NCBI GenBank assembly: GCA_963737065.1
Contig: CAVTRC010000001.1
Coordinates: forward strand, 1,632,001 to 1,696,000
Origin: Candidatus Eremiobacteria bacterium
GTDB lineage: Bacteria > Vulcanimicrobiota > Vulcanimicrobiia > Vulcanimicrobiales > Vulcanimicrobiaceae
Length of the DNA: 64,000 nt
Reading direction: 5' to 3'
Shown here: positions 1-8,099 of the stretch, in pieces
How positions within the stretch are numbered: position 1 is the first letter of the stretch
Layout: each line of letters starts with the position of its first letter
The notes under the pieces: generated by a model
Databases searched by the model: none
What the model was told of the DNA's origin: nothing
The model's input: the letters and a program-made list of their open reading frames with translations, nothing else
Position numbers and translations under genes: made by a program

Positions 1-786
1 GCGGTCGCGCGTCTCGATGTAGCCGGCGCGTAGATCTTTCGCCGAATACAAACCGCGAATGTCGGTATCGAACTCGGAGATGATCTCTTTTGCGATTGCT
101 TCGGAGCGATCGGCTTGCGTCAGCACGATGAAGTCATCGCCGCCGATGTGCCCGACGAAATCGGTCGGCGTTCCGCGCCGGCGCACGATATCGGTCGTGA
201 TCCGAGCGATCAACTGGATCGCTTCGTCGCCGTGCGTGAACCCGTACACGTCGTTGAACGCTTTGAAGTTGTCGAGATCGAGATAGAGCACGGCGAACGG
301 CTCGTGCGCGTCCAAACGCCGGCGCAGTTCTCCCTCGATCGCGAGGTTGCCGGGCAGCCGCGTGAGCGGAGAGAGTGACGAGTCGACTTCGACACGACGA
401 ATCTTCGCGCGCACGCGCGCGAGCAGCTCTTGCGGACCGAACGGCTTGGTGATGTAGTCGTCGGCGCCGGCTTCGAAGCCGCGGAGTTTGTCGTCGGTTT
501 CGCTCTTCGCGGTCAGGATGATGATCGGTACATTGGCGACGGCCGGATTGTGATGCGCGCGAATGCGCCGCGCAACTTCGTAGCCGTCCATATGCGGCAT
601 CATCAAATCGAGCAATACAACGTCGGGTAAGACGCCCTCAATCTTCTGCAATGCCTCCGGCCCGTCGGCCGCCGTTTCCACACCGAACCCCGCGAGCTCC
701 AAGTTCGTGCCGATGATTTTGCGCAAATTGCGGTCGTCGTCGACGACCAGCACGCGGTGACCAACGACTTCGGCCATCGTTCTCAT
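1..786 (-). CDS. Response regulator receiver + GGDEF diguanylate cyclase-like protein (3' end runs off the window)
   Basis: Manual translation (absent from ORF track): MRTMAEVVGHRVLVVDDDRN...LLDLMMPHMDG...DDYITKPF (REC), then PLTRLPGN...LDLDNFKAFNDVYG...GHIGGDDF. ATG at 786 overlaps the kinase stop (ATGA). Confidence 0.9.
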   Translation of the reverse strand, partial: MRTMAEVVGHRVLVVDDDRNLRKIIGTNLELAGFGVETAADGPEALQKIEGVLPDVVLLDLMMPHMDGYEVARRIRAHHNPAVANVPIIILTAKSETDDKLRGFEAGADDYITKPFGPQELLARVRAKIRRVEVDSSLSPLTRLPGNLAIEGELRRRLDAHEPFAVLYLDLDNFKAFNDVYGFTHGDEAIQLIARITTDIVRRRGTPTDFVGHIGGDDFIVLTQADRSEAIAKEIISEFDTDIRGLYSAKDLRAGYIETRDR

Positions 787-1778
787 AGCGCGGCGCGCTC
801 CGGGAGGCGCATCGTAAACGTTGCGCCTTCGTGCAAGCGGCTCTCGACCGAAACCGTTCCGCCGTGTGCGCGCGCGACCGATCGCACGATGTAGAGACCC
901 AGGCCCGCACCGCCGGTGGCCGCGACGAGATTGCGCTCCGCTTTGTAGAAGCGCTCGAAGATATACGGCAAATGCTCCTCGCCGATACCGATGCCGCGGT
1001 CCTTCACGCGAATGGACGTCGCGTCCGGTTCGCGTTGCGCTTCCACGACGATCGTCGCGGTATCGGGCGAGAATTTCAATGCGTTCTCGATGAGTTGCTC
1101 GAGCGCGCGCGCGATGAGCTTCACGTCGCCGTTGACGTCGACACCGTGCGTGCGTCGTTCGACTCGCGACGACGCCGTCGGTCCGAGATGTTCGGCAACG
1201 ATATCGAGCACACGGTCGACGGGAACGTCTTTGCGTTCGCTGAGCAAGTGTTCGGCGTCGACACGTCCGGCGAGTAATAGATCGTCGACCGCCTTCGCAA
1301 GGCGATCGGCTTCGTCTTCGATGGTCGCGAGATACTCGTCGCGTTTCGGATCCGTTGCCAGCGGATTGTGAAGCATCGTTTCCGCGTACGCCTTGATCGT
1401 CGCGATCGGCGTCTTCAACTCGTGCGAAACCGACGTGACGATCTCGCCCTTGAGTTGCTCGATCGTGTCGTACGTGCGTTGGCGTCCAAACGATAGCAGC
1501 CAACCATTGTCGATCGTCAATACCGCCGCATGGATTTCCCGGCGGTGCTCGTCGTCGGTCCAGACCGCTATTTCTTGCGGAACGACCGCGAATCCAAGCG
1601 GCGGCTCCACGCGTGAAAAAATCTTATCGAGCGATTTGCCGACGGCTTCGACGCGCGGAATGCCCGTGACCGCCGCCGCTCCGGAACTCCACGCCGCAAC
1701 GGTGCCCTCTCCAGAGAGATACGCAATTCCGTCCGATACGAACTCTGCAAGCGCATCGAAATCGGCGTCGATGCGCAG
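783..1778 (-). CDS. PAS-like sensor histidine kinase (HisKA + HATPase_c)
   Basis: SHELKTP H-box, ENALKF N-box, DRGIG and GAGLGL G-boxes. Start uncertain: the ORF extends to 1937 over ftsX; in-frame CTG at 1778 follows AAGGG. Confidence 0.88.
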   Translation of the reverse strand: MRIDADFDALAEFVSDGIAYLSGEGTVAAWSSGAAAVTGIPRVEAVGKSLDKIFSRVEPPLGFAVVPQEIAVWTDDEHRREIHAAVLTIDNGWLLSFGRQRTYDTIEQLKGEIVTSVSHELKTPIATIKAYAETMLHNPLATDPKRDEYLATIEDEADRLAKAVDDLLLAGRVDAEHLLSERKDVPVDRVLDIVAEHLGPTASSRVERRTHGVDVNGDVKLIARALEQLIENALKFSPDTATIVVEAQREPDATSIRVKDRGIGIGEEHLPYIFERFYKAERNLVAATGGAGLGLYIVRSVARAHGGTVSVESRLHEGATFTMRLPERAAL

Positions 1779-1786
1779 GTGCGCCC

Positions 1787-2668
1787 TTACGTCCGTAGGT
1801 GCCGTCCGACCGAAATCCACGACGCGATGACTCCGATGCAGCCGCCCACGAGCAGCAACTCTCCGACCAGCAGAGGGGCATTGACGACGCTTGCGTTCAA
1901 TTGCACCCACGGCACGGCCAGTAGCAATTTCGGCCATAGCATATAGCGCGCAACCGCGAGTACGGCGACGGCAATCCCCGAACCGATCAGACCGTCGAGC
2001 AGGCCTTCACAAATGAACGGTGCGCGAATGTACATATGTGTCGCGCCGACGAGCTGCATGATCGAAATTTCACGCCGCCGGGCGAAGACCGTCAAGCGAA
2101 TCGTGTTCGAAATGATGATACCGGCGACGAGCAGGAACACCGCGATCACGACGAGCCCGATGCGTCGCAGAACGCCGCCGAGTTGCAACAAGCGCTCGAC
2201 GACGGTCTGTGGATAGACGACGTTTCCGAGCCCGCGCATCTTTCGAACCTTCGCCGCGACGTTCGGAACCGAAACGGGATCGTGCACGCGCACGCGCATC
2301 TTATCGGGCAGCGGGTTCTCCGTGAGCAGCGACGTGTCGATGATGCCGTTCGTCTGCGTGCGCAGTTCCGCGAGACCTTCCTTACGCGGCACGAACTGAA
2401 CCGATGCAACGCGCGAGTCTTTGGCGAGCAGCGTGCGGACGGCGTCCTCTTGCGCGCTCGTCGCACCGTTCGCGAAATACACGGAAATCTCGATCTGGTT
2501 CAAAATGTCGTTGCCCAGACCGGCGAGCGTCGCACGTACAAAGAGAAAGGCGCCGAGGAGGATGATGGTGATCGCGACGGTGCCGATGGCCGTCGCCTGC
2601 ATTCCGGCGTTGCGCGTAAAATTGCGCAGCACCTCACCCAGAAAGAACTTGACCTTGCCCCAGTCCAA
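1787..2668 (-). CDS. ftsX: Cell division ABC permease FtsX
   Basis: ENPLPD, ISNTIRLTVFARRREISIMQLVGAT...IRAPF.EG motifs; TTG start (MDWGKVKFF) overlapping the end of ftsE. Confidence 0.93.
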   Translation of the reverse strand: MDWGKVKFFLGEVLRNFTRNAGMQATAIGTVAITIILLGAFLFVRATLAGLGNDILNQIEISVYFANGATSAQEDAVRTLLAKDSRVASVQFVPRKEGLAELRTQTNGIIDTSLLTENPLPDKMRVRVHDPVSVPNVAAKVRKMRGLGNVVYPQTVVERLLQLGGVLRRIGLVVIAVFLLVAGIIISNTIRLTVFARRREISIMQLVGATHMYIRAPFICEGLLDGLIGSGIAVAVLAVARYMLWPKLLLAVPWVQLNASVVNAPLLVGELLLVGGCIGVIASWISVGRHLRT

Positions 2669-3344
2669 GATAGTAATATCCCCGCTCTTCGTCGGTAACG
2701 ATTTTGCCGTCTTCGAGACGCACGACCCGACGGCGCATGCGATCGACCACGGCTTGGTTGTGAGTCGCGACCACGACGGTCGTGCCTTTGAGATTGATGC
2801 GGAGCAGGAGCTCCATGATCTCCGTCGTGTTCGACGGATCGAGGTTTCCGGTCGGTTCGTCGCAGAGCAGCAGCTTCGGATGATTGACAAGAGCGCGCGC
2901 AATTGCGGTGCGCTGCTGTTCGCCGCCGGAGAGCTCGCCGGGAAACATGCGGCTCTTGTGCGAGAGGCCGACGAGATCGAGCGCTCGCGGAACTTCGCGC
3001 ATGATGTCTTTGCTATGCGCACCCGTTACTTGCATTGCGAACGCAACGTTTTCCCAGACGGTCTTATCGGCGAGCAGCTTGAAATCTTGAAACACGACGC
3101 CGAGATGGCGGCGTAGAGCGGGAATGCGGCTGCGCTTCAGGCGGTCGACACGGATACCATCCACAGTAATCTCGCCACTCGTCGGTACCGTCTCTTTATA
3201 AAGGAGGCGGAGAAGACTTGATTTTCCGGTTCCGGAATGGCCGACGAGGAAGACGAAGTCGCCCTTGCCGATTTCGAGACTTACGTTGTCGAGCGCGCGT
3301 ACCCCATTGGGGTAGATCAGCGAGACATTACGTGCTGAAATCAT
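2634..3344 (-). CDS. ftsE: Cell division ATP-binding protein FtsE
   Basis: Walker A GHSGTGKS, VFQDFKLL, LSGGEQQR, DEPTGNLD; directly upstream of ftsX. Confidence 0.95.
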   Translation of the reverse strand: MISARNVSLIYPNGVRALDNVSLEIGKGDFVFLVGHSGTGKSSLLRLLYKETVPTSGEITVDGIRVDRLKRSRIPALRRHLGVVFQDFKLLADKTVWENVAFAMQVTGAHSKDIMREVPRALDLVGLSHKSRMFPGELSGGEQQRTAIARALVNHPKLLLCDEPTGNLDPSNTTEIMELLLRINLKGTTVVVATHNQAVVDRMRRRVVRLEDGKIVTDEERGYYYLGLGQGQVLSG

Positions 3345-3392
3345 CGCTGTAAAAGGGGTTTTCCTGAGGCCACGGCCTATACCTCCGGTCGT

Positions 3393-4541
3393 ATGAATTT
3401 CGATCTGACCGACGAGCAGAAAGCAATCCAAAACCTCGCGCGCGAGTTTGCGCAAAACGAGGTAAAGCCGCGCGCTGAAGAGATGGATCGCGAGGAAGCG
3501 TTCCCATACGACCTCGTGAACAAGATGGCTGAGCTCGGCTTTATGGGTCTGCCGTTTCCAGAAGAATACGGTGGCGCAGGAGCCGACACGGTGAGCTACG
3601 CTCTCGCGGTCATGGAGATCGCACGTGCCGATGCATCGACGGCAATCACAATGGCCGCGCACGTCTCTCTCGGAGCGACGCCTTTCTATTTATTCGGCAC
3701 CGAAGAGCAGAAACAGAAGTATCTCGTGCCGCTCGCGCAAGGCAAGACGTTGTGGGGCTTCGGGCTCACCGAACCCAACGCGGGGAGTGATGCCGGAAAT
3801 ACGACAACCAAGGCCTCGCTTCTAAACGGTCAGTGGGTGATCAACGGAACGAAAGCGTTTATCACCAATTCCGGCACCGAGATCAGCGGCGGAACGACGA
3901 TCACCGCCGTGACCGGCACGCGTCCTGACGGAAAGCTCGAGATTTCCACGCTGATCGTGCCGCAAGAGACGCCGGGCTTCACGCGCAGCAAGAAGTATAA
4001 GAAGATGGGCTGGCGCGCGTCGGACACGCGCGAGCTCAGTTTCAACGATGCAACGGTTCCGCAAGAGAACTTGCTTGGCCCACGAGGCGAGGGCTATCGT
4101 CAATTCCTGACGATTCTGGACGGCGGCCGCATCTCGGTCGCTGCACTTTCGGTCGGCCTCGCGATGGGTGCGTACGACGAAGCGCTTCAGTATTCAAAAG
4201 ATCGCATCGCCTTCGGCAAGCCGATCAGCAAATTTCAGGCGATTCAATTCAAGCTCGTCGACATGCTGTGTGAAATCGAACATGCGAAGCTGATGATTCT
4301 GAAAGCCGCGTGGGAGAAAGATCACGGCCGCGACTACGTGCAAAGCGCATCGCTCGCAAAACTTTACGCCGGCGAGCTTTCACGCCGAGTCGTCAACGAA
4401 GCGGTGCAAATTCACGGCGGCTACGGATTCATGGACGAATATCCCGTCTCGCGCATGTACCGCGATCAAAAAATCAACGAAATCGGCGAAGGCACGAACG
4501 AAGTACAACGTCTCGTGATCGCACGCCTAATGGGGTTGTAG
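3393..4541 (+). CDS. Acyl-CoA dehydrogenase (short/branched-chain type)
   Basis: FGLTEPNAGSD, NGTKAFIT, QIHGGYG, IGEGTNEVQR motifs. Confidence 0.95.
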   Translation: MNFDLTDEQKAIQNLAREFAQNEVKPRAEEMDREEAFPYDLVNKMAELGFMGLPFPEEYGGAGADTVSYALAVMEIARADASTAITMAAHVSLGATPFYLFGTEEQKQKYLVPLAQGKTLWGFGLTEPNAGSDAGNTTTKASLLNGQWVINGTKAFITNSGTEISGGTTITAVTGTRPDGKLEISTLIVPQETPGFTRSKKYKKMGWRASDTRELSFNDATVPQENLLGPRGEGYRQFLTILDGGRISVAALSVGLAMGAYDEALQYSKDRIAFGKPISKFQAIQFKLVDMLCEIEHAKLMILKAAWEKDHGRDYVQSASLAKLYAGELSRRVVNEAVQIHGGYGFMDEYPVSRMYRDQKINEIGEGTNEVQRLVIARLMGL

Positions 4542-4567
4542 CGACAGAACTCCCAGTGTGAAGTGAG

Positions 4568-4764
4568 CCGAGCCGCGTGTCATCGTGATCCGAGCCGTGT
4601 GTCATCGTGATCCGAGCCGCGTGTCATCGTGATCCGAGCCGCGTGTCATGGTGATCCGAGCCGCGTGTCATGGTGATCCGAGCCGCGTGTCATGGTGATC
4701 CGAGCCGCGTGTCATGGTGATCCGAGCCGTGTGCGATGGTGATCCGAGCCGTGTGTCATGGTGA
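4568..4764 (+). repeat. Tandem array of 9 x 22-bp units, consensus ccgagccgcgtgtcat(c/g)gtgat
   Basis: Counted by eye: units start at 4568, 4590, 4612, 4634, 4656, 4678, 4700, 4722 and 4744 (last truncated by 1 nt); no spacers. Confidence 0.95.
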
Positions 4765-4770
4765 GCGCAG

Positions 4771-4797
4771 CAGTGTCATCCTGAGCTTGTCGAAGGA
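4771..4797 (+). repeat. Left arm of a perfect 27-bp inverted repeat (cagtgtcatcctgagcttgtcgaagga), REP-like
   Basis: Exact reverse complement of 5104-5130. Confidence 0.95.
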
Positions 4798-4822
4798 TCG
4801 TCTCGCAGCAGTAGCGCTGGAA

Positions 4823-5125
4823 ATGAAGCGCTACTACGTTTATATGCTGCAATGCGCCGGCGGTTCGTTCTATGTCGGTATTACGAACGACCTTGAACGG
4901 CGCATCGGCGAGCACGACGTTGGCTGGAATCCGGCGTGCTATACGCACGAGCGTCGCCCTGTGCGCCTCGTCTATGTGGAGGATTTCGCGAACGTCGATG
5001 AAGCGATTCGTTGGGAAAAGCAGATCAAAAAATGGAACCGGCTGAAAAAGATTGCACTGGCGAACGGTGACTGGGACGGCGTGCGACTGTTCGGGCACGG
5101 GCGTCCTTCGACAAGCTCAGGATGA
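4823..5125 (+). CDS. Stand-alone GIY-YIG nuclease (UPF0213/YhbQ-like), 100 aa
   Basis: MKRYYVYML...FYVGITNDLERRIGEH...YT..RRPVRLVY.E...EAIRWEKQIKKWNR; its stop codon lies inside the right inverted repeat. Confidence 0.92.
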   Translation: MKRYYVYMLQCAGGSFYVGITNDLERRIGEHDVGWNPACYTHERRPVRLVYVEDFANVDEAIRWEKQIKKWNRLKKIALANGDWDGVRLFGHGRPSTSSG

Positions 5126-5194
5126 CACTGGGGCGCTCAGGAGACACTTGGGGCGCTCAGGATGACACTGGGGCGCTCAGGGTGACACTGGGGG
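5104..5194 (-). repeat. Right inverted-repeat arm (5104-5130) merging into a 4 x 20-bp tandem array (gctcaggatgacactggggc)
   Basis: Units at 5115, 5135, 5155 and 5175, with small variants. Confidence 0.93.
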
Positions 5195-6235
5195 CCATGC
5201 GTTTGCGCCGGGTTGTAACCACTGCGAACCGTCGGCAAATAGGACGCGCCGGACGGAGTAGACGACGGCTCCGGCGCCGTTGAACGGATCGGATGTATCT
5301 GCCAATGCATTTTCGCCGTCGATGACACAGTTGTCGCGCGCGGAATCGACGTCGTGAACGTTTGCCGGGCCGCCGACTTCAACGCCCGGAGCAAACGAAC
5401 CGCGGAGACGAAGCGGTGCAACGCGCCGGATGAACCCCAGCGTATCGAGAATCTCAATGTCGACGTCGACTTCGTTTGCGACCTTTTGTCCGTTGTTCGC
5501 GAACGAAATGCACGCCAAGCCTTCGCTGCCGTCGTTTCGCACGGCAGCAAAACCGCGCGTAACGCGCACTGCGGAACCGCCCGAACCAAGCGTCGAAGCT
5601 GCGAACGTGAGGCCACGCCACGGCTCGGAAGGTGCGGGTTGCGTCGTGTGCGCGGTTGACGCATCGATCAGTGCTCCGACGACCGCCCACGGATTGACCC
5701 CGATGCTCACCGACGAACCGGAGCTTTGTGTCGTCGTGTCCGTCTCCGTTCCGTTCGCGGTGTTTGTGGTCGTTGTTTGCGACGAAGAACTAGACGACGA
5801 CGCGATCGGAATTTGCAATTCGGGGAGTACTGCTCCGAGCACGTTAAACGAATGCCGGCGCGGTGCAGGGGTCGGCGGATTAGTAGGCGCCGGCGCTGCG
5901 GCCGGTTCCGCTAGTGCCTGCACCGTGGCAGGCCACGGTCCGCGAAGGAGATTGTAATCGATCGCGTAGTATGGAACGCCGATTTGCGCGTCGGTTACGC
6001 CGAGCGCGTGCAACGCGCCGCGCCCGTGTGACTCCAGCCAGTACATCATCGCATCGCGTTCGGGAGGCGAGAGCTGCGCAACGCGTGCGGTAACCTGCGC
6101 GAGCGGCGACGTCCGTACGGCGTTCAACGCATCGAGCAACGCGGGTGACGGCGTCGCGTTTTGCGCAAGCGCAGGCGAAACCGAAAATGTCGAAAGGGCA
6201 ACGAGCAGTACCGAAAGCCTATAGAAGAGCGTCAT
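5177..6235 (-). CDS. Secreted hypothetical protein with Ser/Thr-rich linker; paralog of 7281-8096
   Basis: GGAGG RBS, signal peptide ending PALA-Q, shared motifs with 7281-8096; stop codon supplied by the repeat array. Confidence 0.8.
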   Translation of the reverse strand: MTLFYRLSVLLVALSTFSVSPALAQNATPSPALLDALNAVRTSPLAQVTARVAQLSPPERDAMMYWLESHGRGALHALGVTDAQIGVPYYAIDYNLLRGPWPATVQALAEPAAAPAPTNPPTPAPRRHSFNVLGAVLPELQIPIASSSSSSSQTTTTNTANGTETDTTTQSSGSSVSIGVNPWAVVGALIDASTAHTTQPAPSEPWRGLTFAASTLGSGGSAVRVTRGFAAVRNDGSEGLACISFANNGQKVANEVDVDIEILDTLGFIRRVAPLRLRGSFAPGVEVGGPANVHDVDSARDNCVIDGENALADTSDPFNGAGAVVYSVRRVLFADGSQWLQPGANAWPPVSP

Positions 6236-6286
6236 CGTGTGCCTCCGCTGCCGTAGCGCATATGTCCGTACTGAAAATACCACGCA

Positions 6287-6676
6287 TCAGCTACCCGTGA
6301 TTTCTTCGTTCGTAGGGAGCAGCGTCCGATAGAGTTGCCAGGTGGGATCGTCGTTTGCTTGAATCGCGAACGGTTCCTCGACGGTCGACATGATTTCGTG
6401 CAACCGTGCGTCGTCGGCGCCGTACACGATCAGCGTGCGCGACCCGCTCATCGTTAGCGTTGCGACGAACAAGAAGCCGGCGGGCTCGAATCGCTGCTTC
6501 AGGCGTTCTTCCAGTTCATGAATCGGCTGGGGATCGGCGCCATCCTCGATGCGCCGCACGAGCAGGAATGCAAGCGGGCGCGAAGGGAGATCGCGTTCGG
6601 CTTGTATGCCGATATCGATGCTGATCGAAGCCGTCGCATCGTCTTGCGAACGAACGTAGGAGTACCATTGCGCCAT
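6287..6676 (-). CDS. DUF695-like hypothetical protein
   Basis: 129-aa ORF; WYSY...ASISID N-terminus and DDPTWQLY C-terminus resemble DUF695. Confidence 0.6.
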   Translation of the reverse strand: MAQWYSYVRSQDDATASISIDIGIQAERDLPSRPLAFLLVRRIEDGADPQPIHELEERLKQRFEPAGFLFVATLTMSGSRTLIVYGADDARLHEIMSTVEEPFAIQANDDPTWQLYRTLLPTNEEITGS

Positions 6677-6741
6677 GGGCCTAGACTTGGCGGCCCGGGC
6701 TCATTTAAACTTTTTTCATCCGTAGATCGGAGGATGCTTCC

Positions 6742-7284
6742 ATGATTCGTCGTGCTCTCGTAACGGCCTTCGTTCTACTTCTTGCCGCCGCGCCTGCGTT
6801 GGCTGCGCTTAAGGAGGGAACCAAGGCGCCGGATTTCACGCTGCAGGCCACACAGGGCGGAAAAGTCTTTCCGTTCTCACTTGCGGACGCGTTGAAGAAC
6901 GGACCGGTCGTGTTGTATTTCTATCCGGCTGCATTTACGCCCGGGTGTACGATCGAAGCGCACGAATTCGCGGATGCAATCGACGAATACACCGCGCTCC
7001 ACGCGACGGTCATCGGCGTATCGCACGATCCGTTGGACAAGCTGCAGAAGTTCTCGGTCAGTGAATGTCGCAGCAAGTTCGCCGTTGCCGCTGATAGCGA
7101 TCAAGCGGTTGAAAAACAGTACGATGCCGTTCTCGACAAGGCGCCTCAGTACGCGAACCGCACCTCATACGTGATCGCTCCCGACGGCACGATCATCTAT
7201 ACGTATACGAACTTGAAGCCCGATGACCACGTGAAGAACACGCTCGCCGCACTGAAGGATTGGGAAGCCAAAACGAAACCGTGA
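6742..7284 (+). CDS. Exported peroxiredoxin (BCP/PrxQ family)
   Basis: GGAGG RBS, signal peptide, APDFTL, YFYPAAFTPGCTIEA. Confidence 0.92.
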   Translation: MIRRALVTAFVLLLAAAPALAALKEGTKAPDFTLQATQGGKVFPFSLADALKNGPVVLYFYPAAFTPGCTIEAHEFADAIDEYTALHATVIGVSHDPLDKLQKFSVSECRSKFAVAADSDQAVEKQYDAVLDKAPQYANRTSYVIAPDGTIIYTYTNLKPDDHVKNTLAALKDWEAKTKP

Positions 7285-8096
7285 AGTACACGAACGCTCG
7301 CGTCGCGGCGATGGTTTTGGCCCTCGCCGCCTTTGTTACGCTGTTCTCCCCGCGCGCGGCGAACGCTGACGCATCGCAGCCGCTCATCAACGTGCTCAAC
7401 GAAATTCAGGGCCTCTCGGATAGTGATTTCGCAAGCGTCGTGAGCTGGGCGCGCAACGGCGCACCGCAGCCCTTTATGACGGCGTTTCAGCCGCAGCAGA
7501 CGCAAGGCGACATCCTGAATTTGAAAAGCGACGACCGGTACGCGGTGCTCTACTGGTTGCGCGGTTCCGGCCGCTCCGCACTCTACGCGCGCGGTGCGAC
7601 CGACGCGCAAATCGGCTCGCGCGATCCGCGCCGCGGGCCTTCGCCGACGCCGACGCCGAACCCGTGGCGTAATGTTCCGCTCGCGACGGCATCTCTGGAC
7701 GAAAACGTTCAGGGGAACATCAAGGTCATCGGCGGCTTCGCCGCGGTGCGCCGCGATGGTCGCGGCGCAATTGCATGTGTATCGTTCACGAATGTCGCGG
7801 CAAAAGTTGCGAACGAAGTGGTCTTCGAGTTTCCGCTGCTGAGCGATAGCGGCGTGGAACTCGGAAAATTGACGCTCGATCGCAAAGGCGAGTTTTCACC
7901 CAACGTGGCGATCGAGTCGTTCCGGCAGCTCAGCGACTGGCAAGGCGGATCGATGGGTCCGCGCGACCGCATCGCCAACTGCGCCCAGCGCGACTTAGGA
8001 ACCACGGCGCTGCCCATTCTGCAAGCGCGGCTTGCCGGCTACCGTATCGTCAAGGTGACCTATGACGACGGAACGACCTGGAATCCGGGTCAGTAG
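7281..8096 (+). CDS. Secreted hypothetical protein; paralog of 5177-6235
   Basis: GTGA overlap with the peroxiredoxin stop, signal peptide, shared motifs. Confidence 0.8.
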   Translation: MKYTNARVAAMVLALAAFVTLFSPRAANADASQPLINVLNEIQGLSDSDFASVVSWARNGAPQPFMTAFQPQQTQGDILNLKSDDRYAVLYWLRGSGRSALYARGATDAQIGSRDPRRGPSPTPTPNPWRNVPLATASLDENVQGNIKVIGGFAAVRRDGRGAIACVSFTNVAAKVANEVVFEFPLLSDSGVELGKLTLDRKGEFSPNVAIESFRQLSDWQGGSMGPRDRIANCAQRDLGTTALPILQARLAGYRIVKVTYDDGTTWNPGQ

Positions 8097-8099
8097 AGT

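Larger units (their letters stand above)
4568..5194. mobile_element. Putative REP-flanked GIY-YIG selfish element
   Basis: Nuclease gene enclosed by a perfect IR with repeat arrays outside each arm, inserted between convergent genes. Mobility is inferred. Confidence 0.6.

Noticed and set aside
4568..4764. Possible CRISPR array
   Set aside because: Units are head-to-tail with no unique spacers, and no cas genes are in the window.
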